Both the position numbers and the translations under genes were made by a program. Of a DNA stretch of 61,616 nt, positions 18,868-31,306 are shown piece after piece (position 1 is the first letter of the stretch; every line of letters starts with the position of its first letter). Where the stretch lies: the NCBI GenBank assembly GCA_900128395.1, contig LT649248.1:1-61616 (forward strand), given 5' to 3'. The notes below the pieces were generated by a model that had not been told where the DNA came from, ran no database searches, and saw only the letters and a program-made list of their open reading frames with translations. The DNA comes from Stramenopiles sp. TOSAG23-2 (lineage: Eukaryota).

Positions 18868-21077
18868 GTAATAGAAAAAGTAATAGATCCAATAATACGA
18901 ATAAAATTTCATCAAATAATACTACTGAAATTGAACGTCGAATTATGGAAAAAATACATAATCAAAGAATTGAGGAAAAAGCAAGTGAAATGTATAGACG
19001 TTTAAGTGAACGTGCAACACAAAAATTTGGACGTATTGATGAGAGTTTTTTACATGATTATCACGTAGATGATGATGGCTTAATACCATTTGATGCGTTT
19101 TGGGAAACCGTAAATGGCATGTATGGAAAACAAATATCTAAAACAACAGCTAGAAAAATATTTGATTTAACAGATGATGATGGCGATGGTAAAATTTCTA
19201 TTAATGAATTAAGAGAATCATACGATAAAGCAAATATGAAATTACATAGTGCACGTGTTATTGATGTAAATAATATTAATAAACGGGATAGAACACCTAT
19301 AGTCGATAAAATTATAAAACAAATTCGTCAAGTATATAAAGATAAAAGTTCATTATTAAATGTTTTTCGTGCTGCGGATGAAGATCATAATGGGTATGTC
19401 AATGAAATAGAAATGCAACATGTTTTAAGCGGTTTAGGATTAAGTACATCGTTAAAGGAATGTGGTGAATTATGCGATTATTTCGATGCGGATGGTGATG
19501 GCAAAATTGAATACGATGAATTTATTGCATTCATTTCAACCCAAGGTGGTGAACACCATGAACAACATCATAAAGAGGAAAAAAACAAAGGAATACCAGA
19601 AGGGTTAAAGGAATTACATGCAATGCAAGAGCGCTTGTTGCAACGAAATCAAAGTATAGAAGGACCAAAGGAAAAAACAGTTGGAATTGATACGGTAGCA
19701 AAAATTATACGTGATAAATACGGTCGTAGAAATTCACTTAGAAAAGTATTTAGGGATTGGGATATAGATAAAAATGGCAAAGTTTCCAAGGAAGAAATGT
19801 TAGATATATTGCATCATATGGATGTAAAAATGAAAGATGATGATTTTGAATCATTATATGAAAAATTTGATGAAGATCATGAAGAAGGTGTGTCTTATAA
19901 CGAATTTATTGACTTTATTTTCCCTGCAAATCCCGATCAAGATGCACATATAAAATTAAAATTAGAGCAAGAAAAAATGCGTTTAGAAGCGGAAAAAATT
20001 AAAAACGTTACTCCAGGAACATTGGAGGAAGCAATGTTAATTGAAAAAATAAAAAAAAGTGTATTTGAACGATTGTCACGGAAAGGCAATAAAGGTACAT
20101 TAAAGGAGGCATTCCGAAAATTTGATTTAGATCATGATGGACAAGTTACCTATGATGAATTTCGCACTGGGATGAAAAATTTAGATAGCAGATTAACTGA
20201 TGGTCATATTGATATTTTATTATCCCAATTTGATAAAGATAATAGTGGTTCCATTGATTACCTTGAATTCGTTGCAAATGCATCGGAGCAAAATAATGAA
20301 AATGTTATGATGCAATATCACAGTCGATTAAAACGAAGTAATACGGAACGGGGGCATTTATTGCGAAAATCAGGCCAAACACGTGCACGTCGTAGACCGG
20401 CAACTGCAATCGCTGGGTTAACATTACACAAAAGTGCAAGTGCAAGCTTAGCAAAAGCTGCATCTGCATCAAATTTAGGCGCATTAAATTCAAAACGAAA
20501 TTTCATGCCATATACAGAACGTATGCGAAGGAAACGATTAAAATATATTATCCCACCAAGTGGTTCCAGCCGGGAAAGACATTTTCATTTTAAAGCATTG
20601 TATAATAGAAAACATGTACCACGTAAAGATAGTAATACGCCATATTATGATACTAGAAATTTAATCAATTTACCTGATGAAGGCAATAATTTCCAGACAC
20701 GTAGATTTAACATAGATCATGATCATGGATATTATACGACAAATATATCTGCATTACACAGCCGTCCATTATCACAACATGCAGGGCATCGTGCAGAAAA
20801 TATAGAACAAGCAAGAAGCGATTTAAAAGAATCAAGAAGATGGGGTAGAATAAAACGCAAACAAGAAAATTTTGCACGAATTTATAAAAATGAAATTGAA
20901 CCAAATAGATACAGAGAGGAAGATAAACGTGAAGCAAAAGTTACTAGTTTATTACGTCAACGTATGAATTATTTTAAATCATTAGAAAATAGATTTGAAC
21001 AAGATGCAGCATTACAAAAAGTATGTGGATTTGTAAAAGCAAATGATAAAAATAAGAGTGAAAATAAGATATATTAG
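18315..21077 (+). CDS. Multi-EF-hand calcium-binding protein (920 aa)
   Basis: About 8 EF loops: DDDGDGKISINE, DEDHNGYVNEIE, DADGDGKIEYDE, DIDKNGKVSKEE, DLDHDGQVTYDE, DKDNSGSIDYLE and others; basic low-complexity termini. Confidence 0.9.
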
Positions 21078-21195
21078 ATATATAGTGTGCGTGCAGTATG
21101 ATAAGTGTTTTGTCTCTATTGATATGTACGAGTCGTATACGATACGAAAAATCACACACACACACACACACCCTTCTTCATTTTTCTCATTTATT

Positions 21196-22758
21196 TTATA
21201 ATCGACTCCGATCTACCCCTATTCCGATGACTCCGCCAAAACCACCACCATCTTTCTTCTTACGAATATTATCATTCTTGACTTCTACGAATAAATTTTT
21301 ATCAGTATACCTATGAGGTAGAACTTTTTTCATATGTGCAACTAATTGATCAAATTTTGGAGGTAAAAAAGATGCCCTTGTTAATGTTCCCCATCCTGAT
21401 GCATCGACGACTTCTTTTGGTAAATGTTGGCCAGCAATTCGAATTGAAACAAAATCTTGGAAGAAACATTGTAATCCCCATTTTTCTTTACGATCATGTT
21501 CTAATATAACACGTGGCAATTCTCTCCAAAATTGATCCAACGTTCCTAAATACCATGCATGCGTTAAAAACTCACATGATGGTCCTCCACCATGTAAACA
21601 CGTTTGTGGACTCAACACTAAATTATCTTCACTGACAATAGGTTCATGTTTACTAACATGCTCTGCATATTGATCTGTACAATTTATAATAAATGAACCT
21701 ATTGGTATTTCATGTTTCATAATAGTACCAACACGATTCTTTCTTAAATCTTTTAAGATTAACTCTAATGTTTGTGGGTTGCTATTGTTATAATTAATAT
21801 CAATTAAATGAGCTTTAAATATCTTTTCATTTGCTGGTGATAATACTTGTTTTATTTGTTCAACTTCTGCTTTTGAGCAAATTGCATTCATATGACTCTC
21901 TGGATCAGGGAATGGACTATGAAAAAATCCTTCTTTATTCCAAAAATTAAATACATCTTTTTCATTACTACCATTATACATTAACATACCTTTTATATTT
22001 GCATTTGCCGCTCTTCCACGTCGTACCATAAAATAGGTTCCATGTCCTGAAATACAATACATACGGTTCGTTACCCTTGATCCAAGTTCCGTTGACATTG
22101 CGTTCATTGCATCTACAGCTGTTTTACCACTACCAATAATATAAATTGGCTTGTCTTTATCTTTTGAAAAAAGCATCAATGCATTTGTAGCTGGTAATAA
22201 TACATCATTTGCAGTTAATGAATGAAATTTATCATTAACATTTTTACTCTCGGCAAATACAAATGATGCTTTGACTTTAAGATCATATCCATTTCCTTTT
22301 ATTAGTCGATTAGCAACAACGTTGATTTTGTGGATTGTATTGTTGTTAAATAATGGATATGCCATTATATTGACCTTTTTTGATTTTACGTTATGACCGC
22401 GATATTCATATCCCCATAATTCAATTATTTCAATACCTTTTTTGACTTTAATTTCATTAATACAATGTTTAAAATAATTTAATATTTCACCACGAGTTGC
22501 TAAATGTGATCTTTGATCGTATGTTCTTGCCAACGGCCATTTATGATCACCAACTGCATATCCTTCAAATGGTTGATGCAATGTGCAATATTTATATTGC
22601 GTTGGCCAGTGGCCGCCCCAATCTTCATTTCTTGCGATACAAACTATTGTCGACCCTTTGGGTAAATAATGCGACGCTGCATTTACTGCATTAATCCCTG
22701 CATATCCATTTCCAATCACACATAAATCACAATGAAGAGTGGTTGTATTGTGTTCCAT
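21196..22758 (-). CDS. FAD/NAD(P)-dependent oxidoreductase (flavin monooxygenase-like), PTS1 -SRL
   Basis: DLCVIGNGYAG FAD-binding motif, WGGHW, second Rossmann motif IIGSGKTAVD, C-terminal SRL. Confidence 0.8.
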   Translation of the reverse strand: MEHNTTTLHCDLCVIGNGYAGINAVNAASHYLPKGSTIVCIARNEDWGGHWPTQYKYCTLHQPFEGYAVGDHKWPLARTYDQRSHLATRGEILNYFKHCINEIKVKKGIEIIELWGYEYRGHNVKSKKVNIMAYPLFNNNTIHKINVVANRLIKGNGYDLKVKASFVFAESKNVNDKFHSLTANDVLLPATNALMLFSKDKDKPIYIIGSGKTAVDAMNAMSTELGSRVTNRMYCISGHGTYFMVRRGRAANANIKGMLMYNGSNEKDVFNFWNKEGFFHSPFPDPESHMNAICSKAEVEQIKQVLSPANEKIFKAHLIDINYNNSNPQTLELILKDLRKNRVGTIMKHEIPIGSFIINCTDQYAEHVSKHEPIVSEDNLVLSPQTCLHGGGPSCEFLTHAWYLGTLDQFWRELPRVILEHDRKEKWGLQCFFQDFVSIRIAGQHLPKEVVDASGWGTLTRASFLPPKFDQLVAHMKKVLPHRYTDKNLFVEVKNDNIRKKKDGGGFGGVIGIGVDRSRL

Positions 22759-23401
22759 GTTTTCTTCTTGCCGTTGATCAATATTATTACTTCCACATAC
22801 AAAGACGCATGATATCCTATATTATTATACCACCTGTTGGTTTAGGGCGTAAAAGATATTTATATATATTTTAAATTTTATAATCTATTTAGTATATGAT
22901 TTACTTTTACTCTCTCCACTAAATTTTATATCTATTTTATATTTAATTTTTTTTGTTTTGTTTTTTTCCAGGTTCGTTAGAAGACACACACTCTCAATAC
23001 CTTAAAGTTTGTATTAGTATAGGAATAGCATTAACATAGAGTTGTAAAATAGGGTTATGAATATAGCTTCTTATATTTTTGGTTATCCGTTTCTTGCACA
23101 CTTTTCTTCCCATCTCATTTTTATTATAATTTGCATCATATATATATATTATTTGCATATACATTGTATTAAATAGAGACAGGACGCAGGTAATAGAGAA
23201 CAGTAGAAACAACAAAGAAACATATAATATATATAATATATTGTATATAATATATATATTAAGATACATAGATACATATACCGTCTTGATAAATATAATT
23301 AGCTGTGGTAATTGGAGTAATATAATATTATATATATATATATATACTATATACATTTATATATATATATATAACTAAGAAAAGTATAAAATTTGTAAAA
23401 C

Positions 23402-25534
23402 ATGCCACCAAAGGAAGAACCAAAAGATAATGATGGCAAAGAAGGTAAATCTGCATTGGAAGAAGAATTAAATTTAATCGGTGGGAAAGAATTAGTGCTT
23501 GCTAGGATGGAGTTGGATACATCGCAAAATCATTTAAAAGAAAAAATAAAAGAAAATAAAACTTTAATGAAAGCATGTGAAGAGTTAAAATCACATTTGG
23601 AAACACAAAAAGCAGATGCTAAGGATATTTATTATTATTTACATAAAAAATTGGATGATAATTATGATGTAATTGATTCATTGGAGAAAAGAATTATAGT
23701 ATTAAAATCAGAACGAGAACGTTCGGATGAATTATATGAAAAAAAAATAGCAGTTATAAATAAAGATAATGAAAAAGAAAATGCACGTTTGCAAACGATT
23801 ATTAAAGAGTTACGGGATGACTTGCATACGTTAACAGAATTTAAAGATGCAAAGCAACGTATGGAAGCAAGAATTAAATATTTGGAAGATCATCTAGCAT
23901 CAGAAAAAGAAGGTAGAGCGGATGATATTACATTATTAGAACGTAGGAATATACAAGAAAAAGAACGTTTGAAAAAAGAAATGTTAATTAAAATAAAAGA
24001 AACAAAACAAAATCTATTGTCGATGACAGAGGATCAATTGCATACAACGACGAAAAGAACTATTTTAGAAAATGAACAAATGACAACAGAATTGCAATAT
24101 CAATCAAAAGAAACAGAACGTTTATTACGTCGTTTTAATCGTGTATCGGAAGAAAATAAAAGATTAAAAACAGATATTGATATTTTAAAAGGAAATGAGG
24201 TGGAATATGCTAAAAAATCGCATTTCTTTCAAAAATTAATCAAAAAATTACATGAAAAATTAAAGGCACAAACATACCCTGATTTAGGATTAGAAAAAGG
24301 AGAAGATAAAGGAGGTAGTGGTAGTAGAAACAATAATAACAATAGTAGGTCACGATCATCTCGTGGTGGTACAAATACTCCTGGTGGTCGTGGAAATAGT
24401 CGACATAGTAATTTAGCTAGCCGTTCTGGTCGTGGAAATGTTGTCCGTGCATTGCAAGAGAAAGCTGGTTCATTGGAAATTAGCCTTGAACAAGTATGTA
24501 GCGAATTAGATAATACACGAGAGCAATTGCAACGTTTGATGGAGGAACAAGATTATTCACAATCATTACGAGATGAAGCAGTAGGATTTTTAATGTCATG
24601 CTTAGCAGATATTAAAAAGAAAGGAATACCGTCAAATCCACAAAATACAAGTTATATTTCCAGCGGTCAAGGTGGTGGTGGTGGTGCTTCAATAACAACA
24701 CCAACTCCAAGTAACCATCGATTTGGTGGATTACCATCTACTGTATCTACTGAAAGCAGCGCTATAAACAACCAAGGTAATAATAATAATAATAATGGAA
24801 ACCCAGTACAAATAGACAAGTTAACAATGGTGCAGAGGGAAAGAATATTAATGTATTTATTAGACAAATTACATAAATTTAGCCAAAGCTTTGCATCGCG
24901 TGGTGGAAGTGGTACATTTGCAACACAACAAAGTTTATCAGATGGTATCAGTCGTGATGGTGGTAGTCGTATCAGTTCGACTGGATTACCACCAATTGAT
25001 GGGCATCAACAACATTCATCATCAACATTTGATGATGCAAACTTGGCAAATGATTTCACACGTTTATTTGCAACACCAGGTGGTGCATTAGGAGGTGGTA
25101 CTGGTGGCGATAATATGGGTATGAATATGATAAATAATAACAACAATAGCAACAAAAATGTACAATCAATTGGAATTCAAACTGATAGTGCTGCACCTGT
25201 CACTATACTGCGTAGTGTAGATGTCGGTATATCAGGACAACGTGGCATATTTAGTGGCGATGGCACTGATAGTGGTGGGTATGGATATAGTGTAGGTTCC
25301 ATTAGTGATGAAACAAATAAATCAGAAACATTAACAAGTCGTTTACTACGAGGAAATGTAAGAGATTGGGGAAGGCCTGCGCCATTGTATACTAAAGTAG
25401 GTGGTGCTGCTCGTGGTTCTTCATTGTATTTAAAAAAACGTAGTGGATTTGCTGGTGGTGGTAGTAGTAATTCAGTAAATCCAACTGCACAACCACCTAA
25501 TTTAGTAGGTGATAAAGGTGCTACGATAGGTTAA
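23402..25534 (+). CDS. Coiled-coil cilia/flagella-associated protein (CFAP157/BBOF1-like)
   Basis: Long N-terminal coiled coil with DIYYYLHKKL and TTKRTILENEQMTTELQYQSKE segments recalling CFAP157/DUF4515; Gly/Ser-rich tail. Confidence 0.6.
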   Translation: MPPKEEPKDNDGKEGKSALEEELNLIGGKELVLARMELDTSQNHLKEKIKENKTLMKACEELKSHLETQKADAKDIYYYLHKKLDDNYDVIDSLEKRIIVLKSERERSDELYEKKIAVINKDNEKENARLQTIIKELRDDLHTLTEFKDAKQRMEARIKYLEDHLASEKEGRADDITLLERRNIQEKERLKKEMLIKIKETKQNLLSMTEDQLHTTTKRTILENEQMTTELQYQSKETERLLRRFNRVSEENKRLKTDIDILKGNEVEYAKKSHFFQKLIKKLHEKLKAQTYPDLGLEKGEDKGGSGSRNNNNNSRSRSSRGGTNTPGGRGNSRHSNLASRSGRGNVVRALQEKAGSLEISLEQVCSELDNTREQLQRLMEEQDYSQSLRDEAVGFLMSCLADIKKKGIPSNPQNTSYISSGQGGGGGASITTPTPSNHRFGGLPSTVSTESSAINNQGNNNNNNGNPVQIDKLTMVQRERILMYLLDKLHKFSQSFASRGGSGTFATQQSLSDGISRDGGSRISSTGLPPIDGHQQHSSSTFDDANLANDFTRLFATPGGALGGGTGGDNMGMNMINNNNNSNKNVQSIGIQTDSAAPVTILRSVDVGISGQRGIFSGDGTDSGGYGYSVGSISDETNKSETLTSRLLRGNVRDWGRPAPLYTKVGGAARGSSLYLKKRSGFAGGGSSNSVNPTAQPPNLVGDKGATIG

Positions 25535-25744
25535 TATTAGGTTAAAATTCTATATTACCCGAGAGATATGTGAGATATCATCATTGTGCCTTTTATTAAA
25601 ATATATATATATATATATGCAGAAGCTAAACTAAAAATTTGATATATTTTTGATATGTGTGTGTATAAAAAATGTTTAAAATACGAATATTATATACTCT
25701 CTAGATATTTAACACGGTTCGTACGTCGTACACGCGATATCATA

Positions 25745-26585
25745 TTATCTATACACCCCACATAAAACATAATTTCGTTTAGACCATTCTCTTGGAAATC
25801 GATACATATTTATTAAAGACCATGATGAAGATGTTGCTGCTTTTTTATGCTTTTTCTTCACCACATTAACATTATCATCATCTTCATCACCAATAATATA
25901 TTTCAATATACGTAAATTATTGATAATTCGTGTAGCATTGTATTGAATTTCTACATCTTGAAAATCATTTGTTTCCGCCATTTTTGCTAAGATATTATAT
26001 TCATTGGTAGACTTACATATATTTCTAGGTCGTAGATTAGGATATGAGTTGAAACAACAAGTAACAAGACAAAATGATAATTTCTTTCTACCACATAAAT
26101 CCAATATAGCATCTGATAATCCACCACAACAATGCAAACCAACTATTATCGGAGAAGATGAAGAACTTGAATCATTATTATTGTCAGTAGCAATACTACT
26201 ACTAGTACCATTATTTAAAATTGCAAGATCATTCAATGTTTCACATTTAAATTGAATATTTTCAATTTTTAATTCAATTGCTCGTTGTTCACCAGCTTTT
26301 AAACTAGATTCATTTGGTTCTAAAATAATAACTTGTTGTTTTGGAAATGAAATTGCCAATGCTAAACCTAAATCGCCTCTACCACCACCAACATCTATAA
26401 TAACTTGGTTTTTTTTCAATATCATATTTTCTTTTAATATTTTAATTAATGTTTGAACTTGTGGCCTTTTTTTTCTTTTTGCATAATCAATACGTCTATC
26501 GATCATCATTGCTGTTTGTTGATTTTTTACATCATTATTAATATTAGTTCCATTATGAATATCGTCGTGATCATTCTTCTTCTTC

Positions 26586-26636
<51 letters not shown>

Positions 26637-27388
26637 GTAATACCAGTAGTAGTTGAAAGTGATGATAAAAAATGTTTCAAATTTTTTGTTGGATCAACAT
26701 CTCCTAATGTACAAGTATTGTCTAAAAATGATTGATTTAATATGATTTCTTTGAACTTTAATTTGTCATTATTCATATATTTCTGTAAAATTTCTTTATT
26801 TTCTACTGGTGCTTTAACACGACCTCTTCTTTTACGACCAGTAGAAATTTCTCTAGCCTTTTTTGAACACCATCGTTTTTTATCATGTTTTTTCATAGAT
26901 AATACATCTTCCAACAATAATTCCTCGTTGTCGTTATTATTATCAATATATGTATTGGCTGTAGCTTTCGAAATAATTTGTTGTTCTACTAATAATAAAA
27001 GATCCCAAAGAACAGATGGGGAAACGCCTGGTTTAAATTTCAATGGTTGAAATGAATGTACAAATAATGTTTTTGTCTTTGTTTTCGTATAACCAAAGAT
27101 ACCAGATGCAATCATAGATACATTTGGTTTTATTAATTTAGCATATTTTCTATATAATTCTTGTATATTTTGATTTTCACGTGGTTGAATAGCTAATTGC
27201 AATGATGATGATGATGAATTAGTGTTATTATTATTATCCGTATTATTATTTGGCAAAAATGTCAAAAATATTAATTTTGAACTGTGTTTTCTAACATGTT
27301 TAATAATTCCAGATAATGTTATGATTTCATTTGGTATATTATTATTATTCTTAGATTTAAGCAATGGTTGTTTCACCTGTGTATCCAT
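25745..27388 (-). CDS. SAM-dependent methyltransferase (Methyltransf_32-like) with an N-terminal OB-fold-like region
   Basis: IIDVGGGRGDLG, IVGLHCCGGLSD, VTCCF motifs; N-terminal LSGIIKHVRKHSSKLIFL resembles an OB fold. Confidence 0.8.
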
Positions 27389-27516
27389 TATTATGCTTGT
27401 CGTTGTATGTTGATATAATATTTCCCCTTGTCTAGTTGTTGTCGTATAGCAATATATATATAATATATTAATATATATTATATAGTTTTTTATTAATGAT
27501 ATATCTACTTGTATTA

Positions 27517-27747
27517 TTAAAATATTAATTTCTGTTTAATATTATCTAGATCCCTTATATTATACCTATTTGATTCGATATTGCTTTTCCTTGGTTTACG
27601 TTTGCGTGCGGGTGCCCAAACAGATTTTGGATTGTTAATAATAGTTGCAGTTGTATTGACTTGATTCAATGGTGGTGAAATGGCTCTTATTCTATTATTA
27701 TTATTATTGTCTTGATTATTCGTATTATTAATTTCTTTTCCACTCAT
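27517..27747 (-). CDS. Small basic protein (76 aa), unknown function
   Basis: ATG at 27747 (MSGKEINN...), poly-Asn composition like the real genes, ends SVWAPARKRK...IKQKLIF. Confidence 0.45.
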   Translation of the reverse strand: MSGKEINNTNNQDNNNNNRIRAISPPLNQVNTTATIINNPKSVWAPARKRKPRKSNIESNRYNIRDLDNIKQKLIF

Positions 27748-27930
27748 ATATGATATGTAATAAAATTGTTTTTCTACGTATATTTGTATATGTATCTTAA
27801 TAAATATAATAAATAGAAACAAATCGGTTTGCTTCTTGTATACTGTTTGTTTTATGTGCTCTATCAAATGTATATAGTTGCACTTTGTCGATAGTATTAG
27901 TCTATCTATCATATCTTTTTTTTTTTTTTT

Positions 27931-28123
27931 TTTTTTTTTTTGTATAGAATTACTATGTTATTTTTTTAACACACACTTTCCTCTTCCAGTAATATTGTTG
28001 TGGCTGCAAACGTGCATTTTCTTTTTCATTATCTTTATTTATAACTTCTTTTTTTTTTTTTGTATAGAATTACTATGTTATTTTTTAAACACACACTTTC
28101 CTCTTCCAGTAATATTGTTGTGG
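27931..28123 (+). repeat. Direct duplication of ~70 bp (poly-T + gtatagaattactatg...gttgtggc)
   Basis: Copies at ~27931-28004 and ~28050-28123, nearly identical. Confidence 0.85.
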
Positions 28124-29774
28124 CATAGTAGCCTTTTCTTCTTCGTTGTTTGATTGGTGTACCTGCTATAGCATGCTATTCGCTTCCATGGTTTTATGCA
28201 GGACGATCCCGACATCTGAAGTCTTGAACCGTAATAAAAACTACTCTCTCAACTATCCATCACTCTTGTGTTTCATTCCATTTCCCTTCTCCCGGCATCC
28301 ATAAGGAAAATAGAAATCACCACTTACACTTTTACTCTATCTTCATGTTCATCATCTAAGATTATTATATTTTCAGGTTTCCCTCTACGCTTCTATTTAA
28401 TTCATATTTGATACAAACTAAATTTGGTGCCTTACCATGCACTAAGCCAGATATAATTAGCTCCTGTTGTAAAACAGGGGGAGCGAGAACTCTGAGTCTC
28501 ACGGTAACTTTTTTTGGTTTTACAATAAATCCAAAGAAAATCACCAAAAAAAAGAAAAAAAAACTGCTATTATACGTGCAATAACCATAGTCAAAGATTC
28601 CTCCATCGATGACTTTAAATCTGGCACTTTCTGTGCCACGCCCTTTAACTGCTTATCACGTCTTTATTTATTACTTGACCTAATATATGCCTGATTTTCA
28701 GATCTAAAAACATTCTAAGCATTCAACGGAATGAATAAAAAAAATTTTCAAATCATCAAATACTGCATATTTCTAAAGTTTAGTCCTCAATCCCAACTGG
28801 ATCATTTCATTACTACCTTTATCAACCATTATATCCCCGTTAAAACCACACTGCCGCAGAAACAATATGGAAAGGGTGATATTTGTACACCGGGTGTTTC
28901 CAACGTCTACCTGTTGTATATATTGTTCATAATTATATATCACAACTTATACAATTAAATGAAATATATTACCATTTGTACATATATATATATCTAATCT
29001 TAGGGTATACAAGTCCCAAAGACGAATCTGCCTCCCGAAGGTGCAATCGCTATACTTTCCATCAATACATAAACAATCTTATAGACATGATGCTCTATCT
29101 GAAAGAGCTGTAGATGTATCAGTTTATTTCTATCCGTTTATCTAATTGTGATCAATAAACAGTCAAAAAAAAACTTAAAAATTAGCTAAACTCATTTTTT
29201 GATTAAAAAAAGTTCTATCCGCCAAACAACTCCATAATTTTTACCAGAGGCAAATAAAATAAAGAAGATGCGATTCGGTGATTTGTTTTTACCGACCAAA
29301 TCACCACACCGGGATCTATCATATCTTTTCTTTTCTTTCTTAAATAAAAAATAAAAAAACGCGCGTGGAAAAGGTGCAAAAACGACGCGTGTGGCGTGTG
29401 ATGAATTTAGCTATTATACTAATACATGTTAATGTATAAAACGCCCCACACACACATCATATATATATATATAATCACTTTATATTAACACTATAACACT
29501 ATAACACTATTACATGCTAATGCATATTTCATTGAAGGTATACTAATTACTACAAATTATCTATATCATACTATAGCTAATGCTGTGTCATGCTATTCGA
29601 TCTTGGGTCTTACCTTAACCCTTAACCTGTGGTATAGAATATATATATATATAGAATAGATGGTACACTGGACGCTCGTATACTGGTGTATATATATATA
29701 TATACAGATATAACATAAACAACATTAATGCTACACAAAAATACAATTAAAGATTACAGAAATAATCGAACAAT

Positions 29775-31013
29775 ATGCCGAACAAGAATGCACCGTTACA
29801 AGGTATTAATGTTTTAGACTTTACAGTATATCAAAATGGCCCGTCTGCAACGCAAATACTATCTGATTATGGAGCGAATGTAATCAAAATTGAACCATTG
29901 CGAGGGGAACCATTAAGATATTTATCACCAAAAGGTCGTCCAAATGTTGGTTTCCAAATATTCAATCGTGGAAAAAAATCTATAGCAATTGATCTTAAAA
30001 ATCCTGATGGTTTGGGTATAATCAAAAAATTACTTTTACATACAGATATCTTATGTGAAAATTTTCGTAGTGGTGTTATGAACCGTCTTGGGTTGGGTTA
30101 TGAGGAAGTTTCACGTATCAATCCAAAAATTTTATATTGTGCCAACCGAGGTTTAGGTTCAAAAGGTGATTGGAGTACACGTCCATCATTTGATTATGTT
30201 GCCCAAGGTTACACCGGTGTTATGCATGGTGCTGGTGGTGGTCCATCTCATCCACCAATACCGATTGAATGGGCATTTAGTGATGAAGTTGGTGCGATGA
30301 ATTTTTATAATGCAATTCTTACTGCACTTTTCAATCGTACAAGAACGGGTAAAGGTGAACATATAATAACATCACAAGCAGCTGCTACGTTACAATTTCA
30401 AAGAGGTGCAATTACATCTGCTGCATTAAATGGTGGAAAGCAAAGAGATGATGGTATGCGTCCTGGATGGGGTATGGCACAAGCAAATCAAATTTTAAAA
30501 GCATCTGATGGTAAATATTTAGTTGTTGCATTAGGTAGTAGTGATCAATGGAGACGATATGCCAAGTTAGTTTTATTACGGGATGATTTATTAACAGATG
30601 ATAGGACAAAAACAGGGATGGCACGATTGAGAAACAAAGAATTTGTATTAGATACAATAGGTAAAGTTATAATTGAAAAGCCAAGAGATTATTGGATTAA
30701 TAAATGTATTGAACATAATGTGCCATGTGCGCCTGTACAAAATTATGAAGAAGTTAGCAATGACAAATTTTTAAGAGAAAATAATTATATTGTTGATGTT
30801 ATCCATCGTGATCATGGTAAAATGACTGTAGTAGGCCCAACAACTACGTTTAGTAATTCAAAATTAGGTGAAGTTGCGGCTCAAGCACCATATATTGGTG
30901 AGCACACAAGGGATATTTTAAAAGAATATATTGGCATGAACGATACAGAAATTACACGTTTAAAAAACAAGGGTGTTATTGGTACTGGTGAGGATAAACG
31001 TAGTCGTATGTAA
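29775..31013 (+). CDS. CoA-transferase family III (CaiB/BaiF), PTS1 -SRM
   Basis: PLQGINVLDFT..GP, GANVIKIEP, NRGKKSIAIDLK, ENFRSG, AQAPYIGEHT; C-terminal SRM. Confidence 0.92.
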   Translation: MPNKNAPLQGINVLDFTVYQNGPSATQILSDYGANVIKIEPLRGEPLRYLSPKGRPNVGFQIFNRGKKSIAIDLKNPDGLGIIKKLLLHTDILCENFRSGVMNRLGLGYEEVSRINPKILYCANRGLGSKGDWSTRPSFDYVAQGYTGVMHGAGGGPSHPPIPIEWAFSDEVGAMNFYNAILTALFNRTRTGKGEHIITSQAAATLQFQRGAITSAALNGGKQRDDGMRPGWGMAQANQILKASDGKYLVVALGSSDQWRRYAKLVLLRDDLLTDDRTKTGMARLRNKEFVLDTIGKVIIEKPRDYWINKCIEHNVPCAPVQNYEEVSNDKFLRENNYIVDVIHRDHGKMTVVGPTTTFSNSKLGEVAAQAPYIGEHTRDILKEYIGMNDTEITRLKNKGVIGTGEDKRSRM

Positions 31014-31306
31014 AACTTTATTTCAAAAAAAATATATATATCATACAAATTTTTTTAATTATACCATACTTGTGCACTTCATTTAATTTTTTAAATTCTA
31101 TTTTTTTCTTCTTTTCCATCACATCTCATCATCATCGAACATTCGTTTATACTACATATACATATTAATATACATACATCTATAAAATATTATACCTATA
31201 TATATATATATATATTACAAGAGAAAATGACCAATATAAATAATATTATATAACAAGAACATTATAGCAACAACAACAGTATAATAACAATAATAATAAC
31301 AACAAC

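Noticed and set aside
18275-18915. Antisense poly-Leu/poly-Tyr ORFs (also near 26453, 37185, 47368, 56375)
   Set aside because: Antisense readings of AAT/AAA-rich coding tracts
29608-29627. ccttaacccttaacc as a telomeric repeat or telomerase template
   Set aside because: Only two units, internal, with no supporting structure
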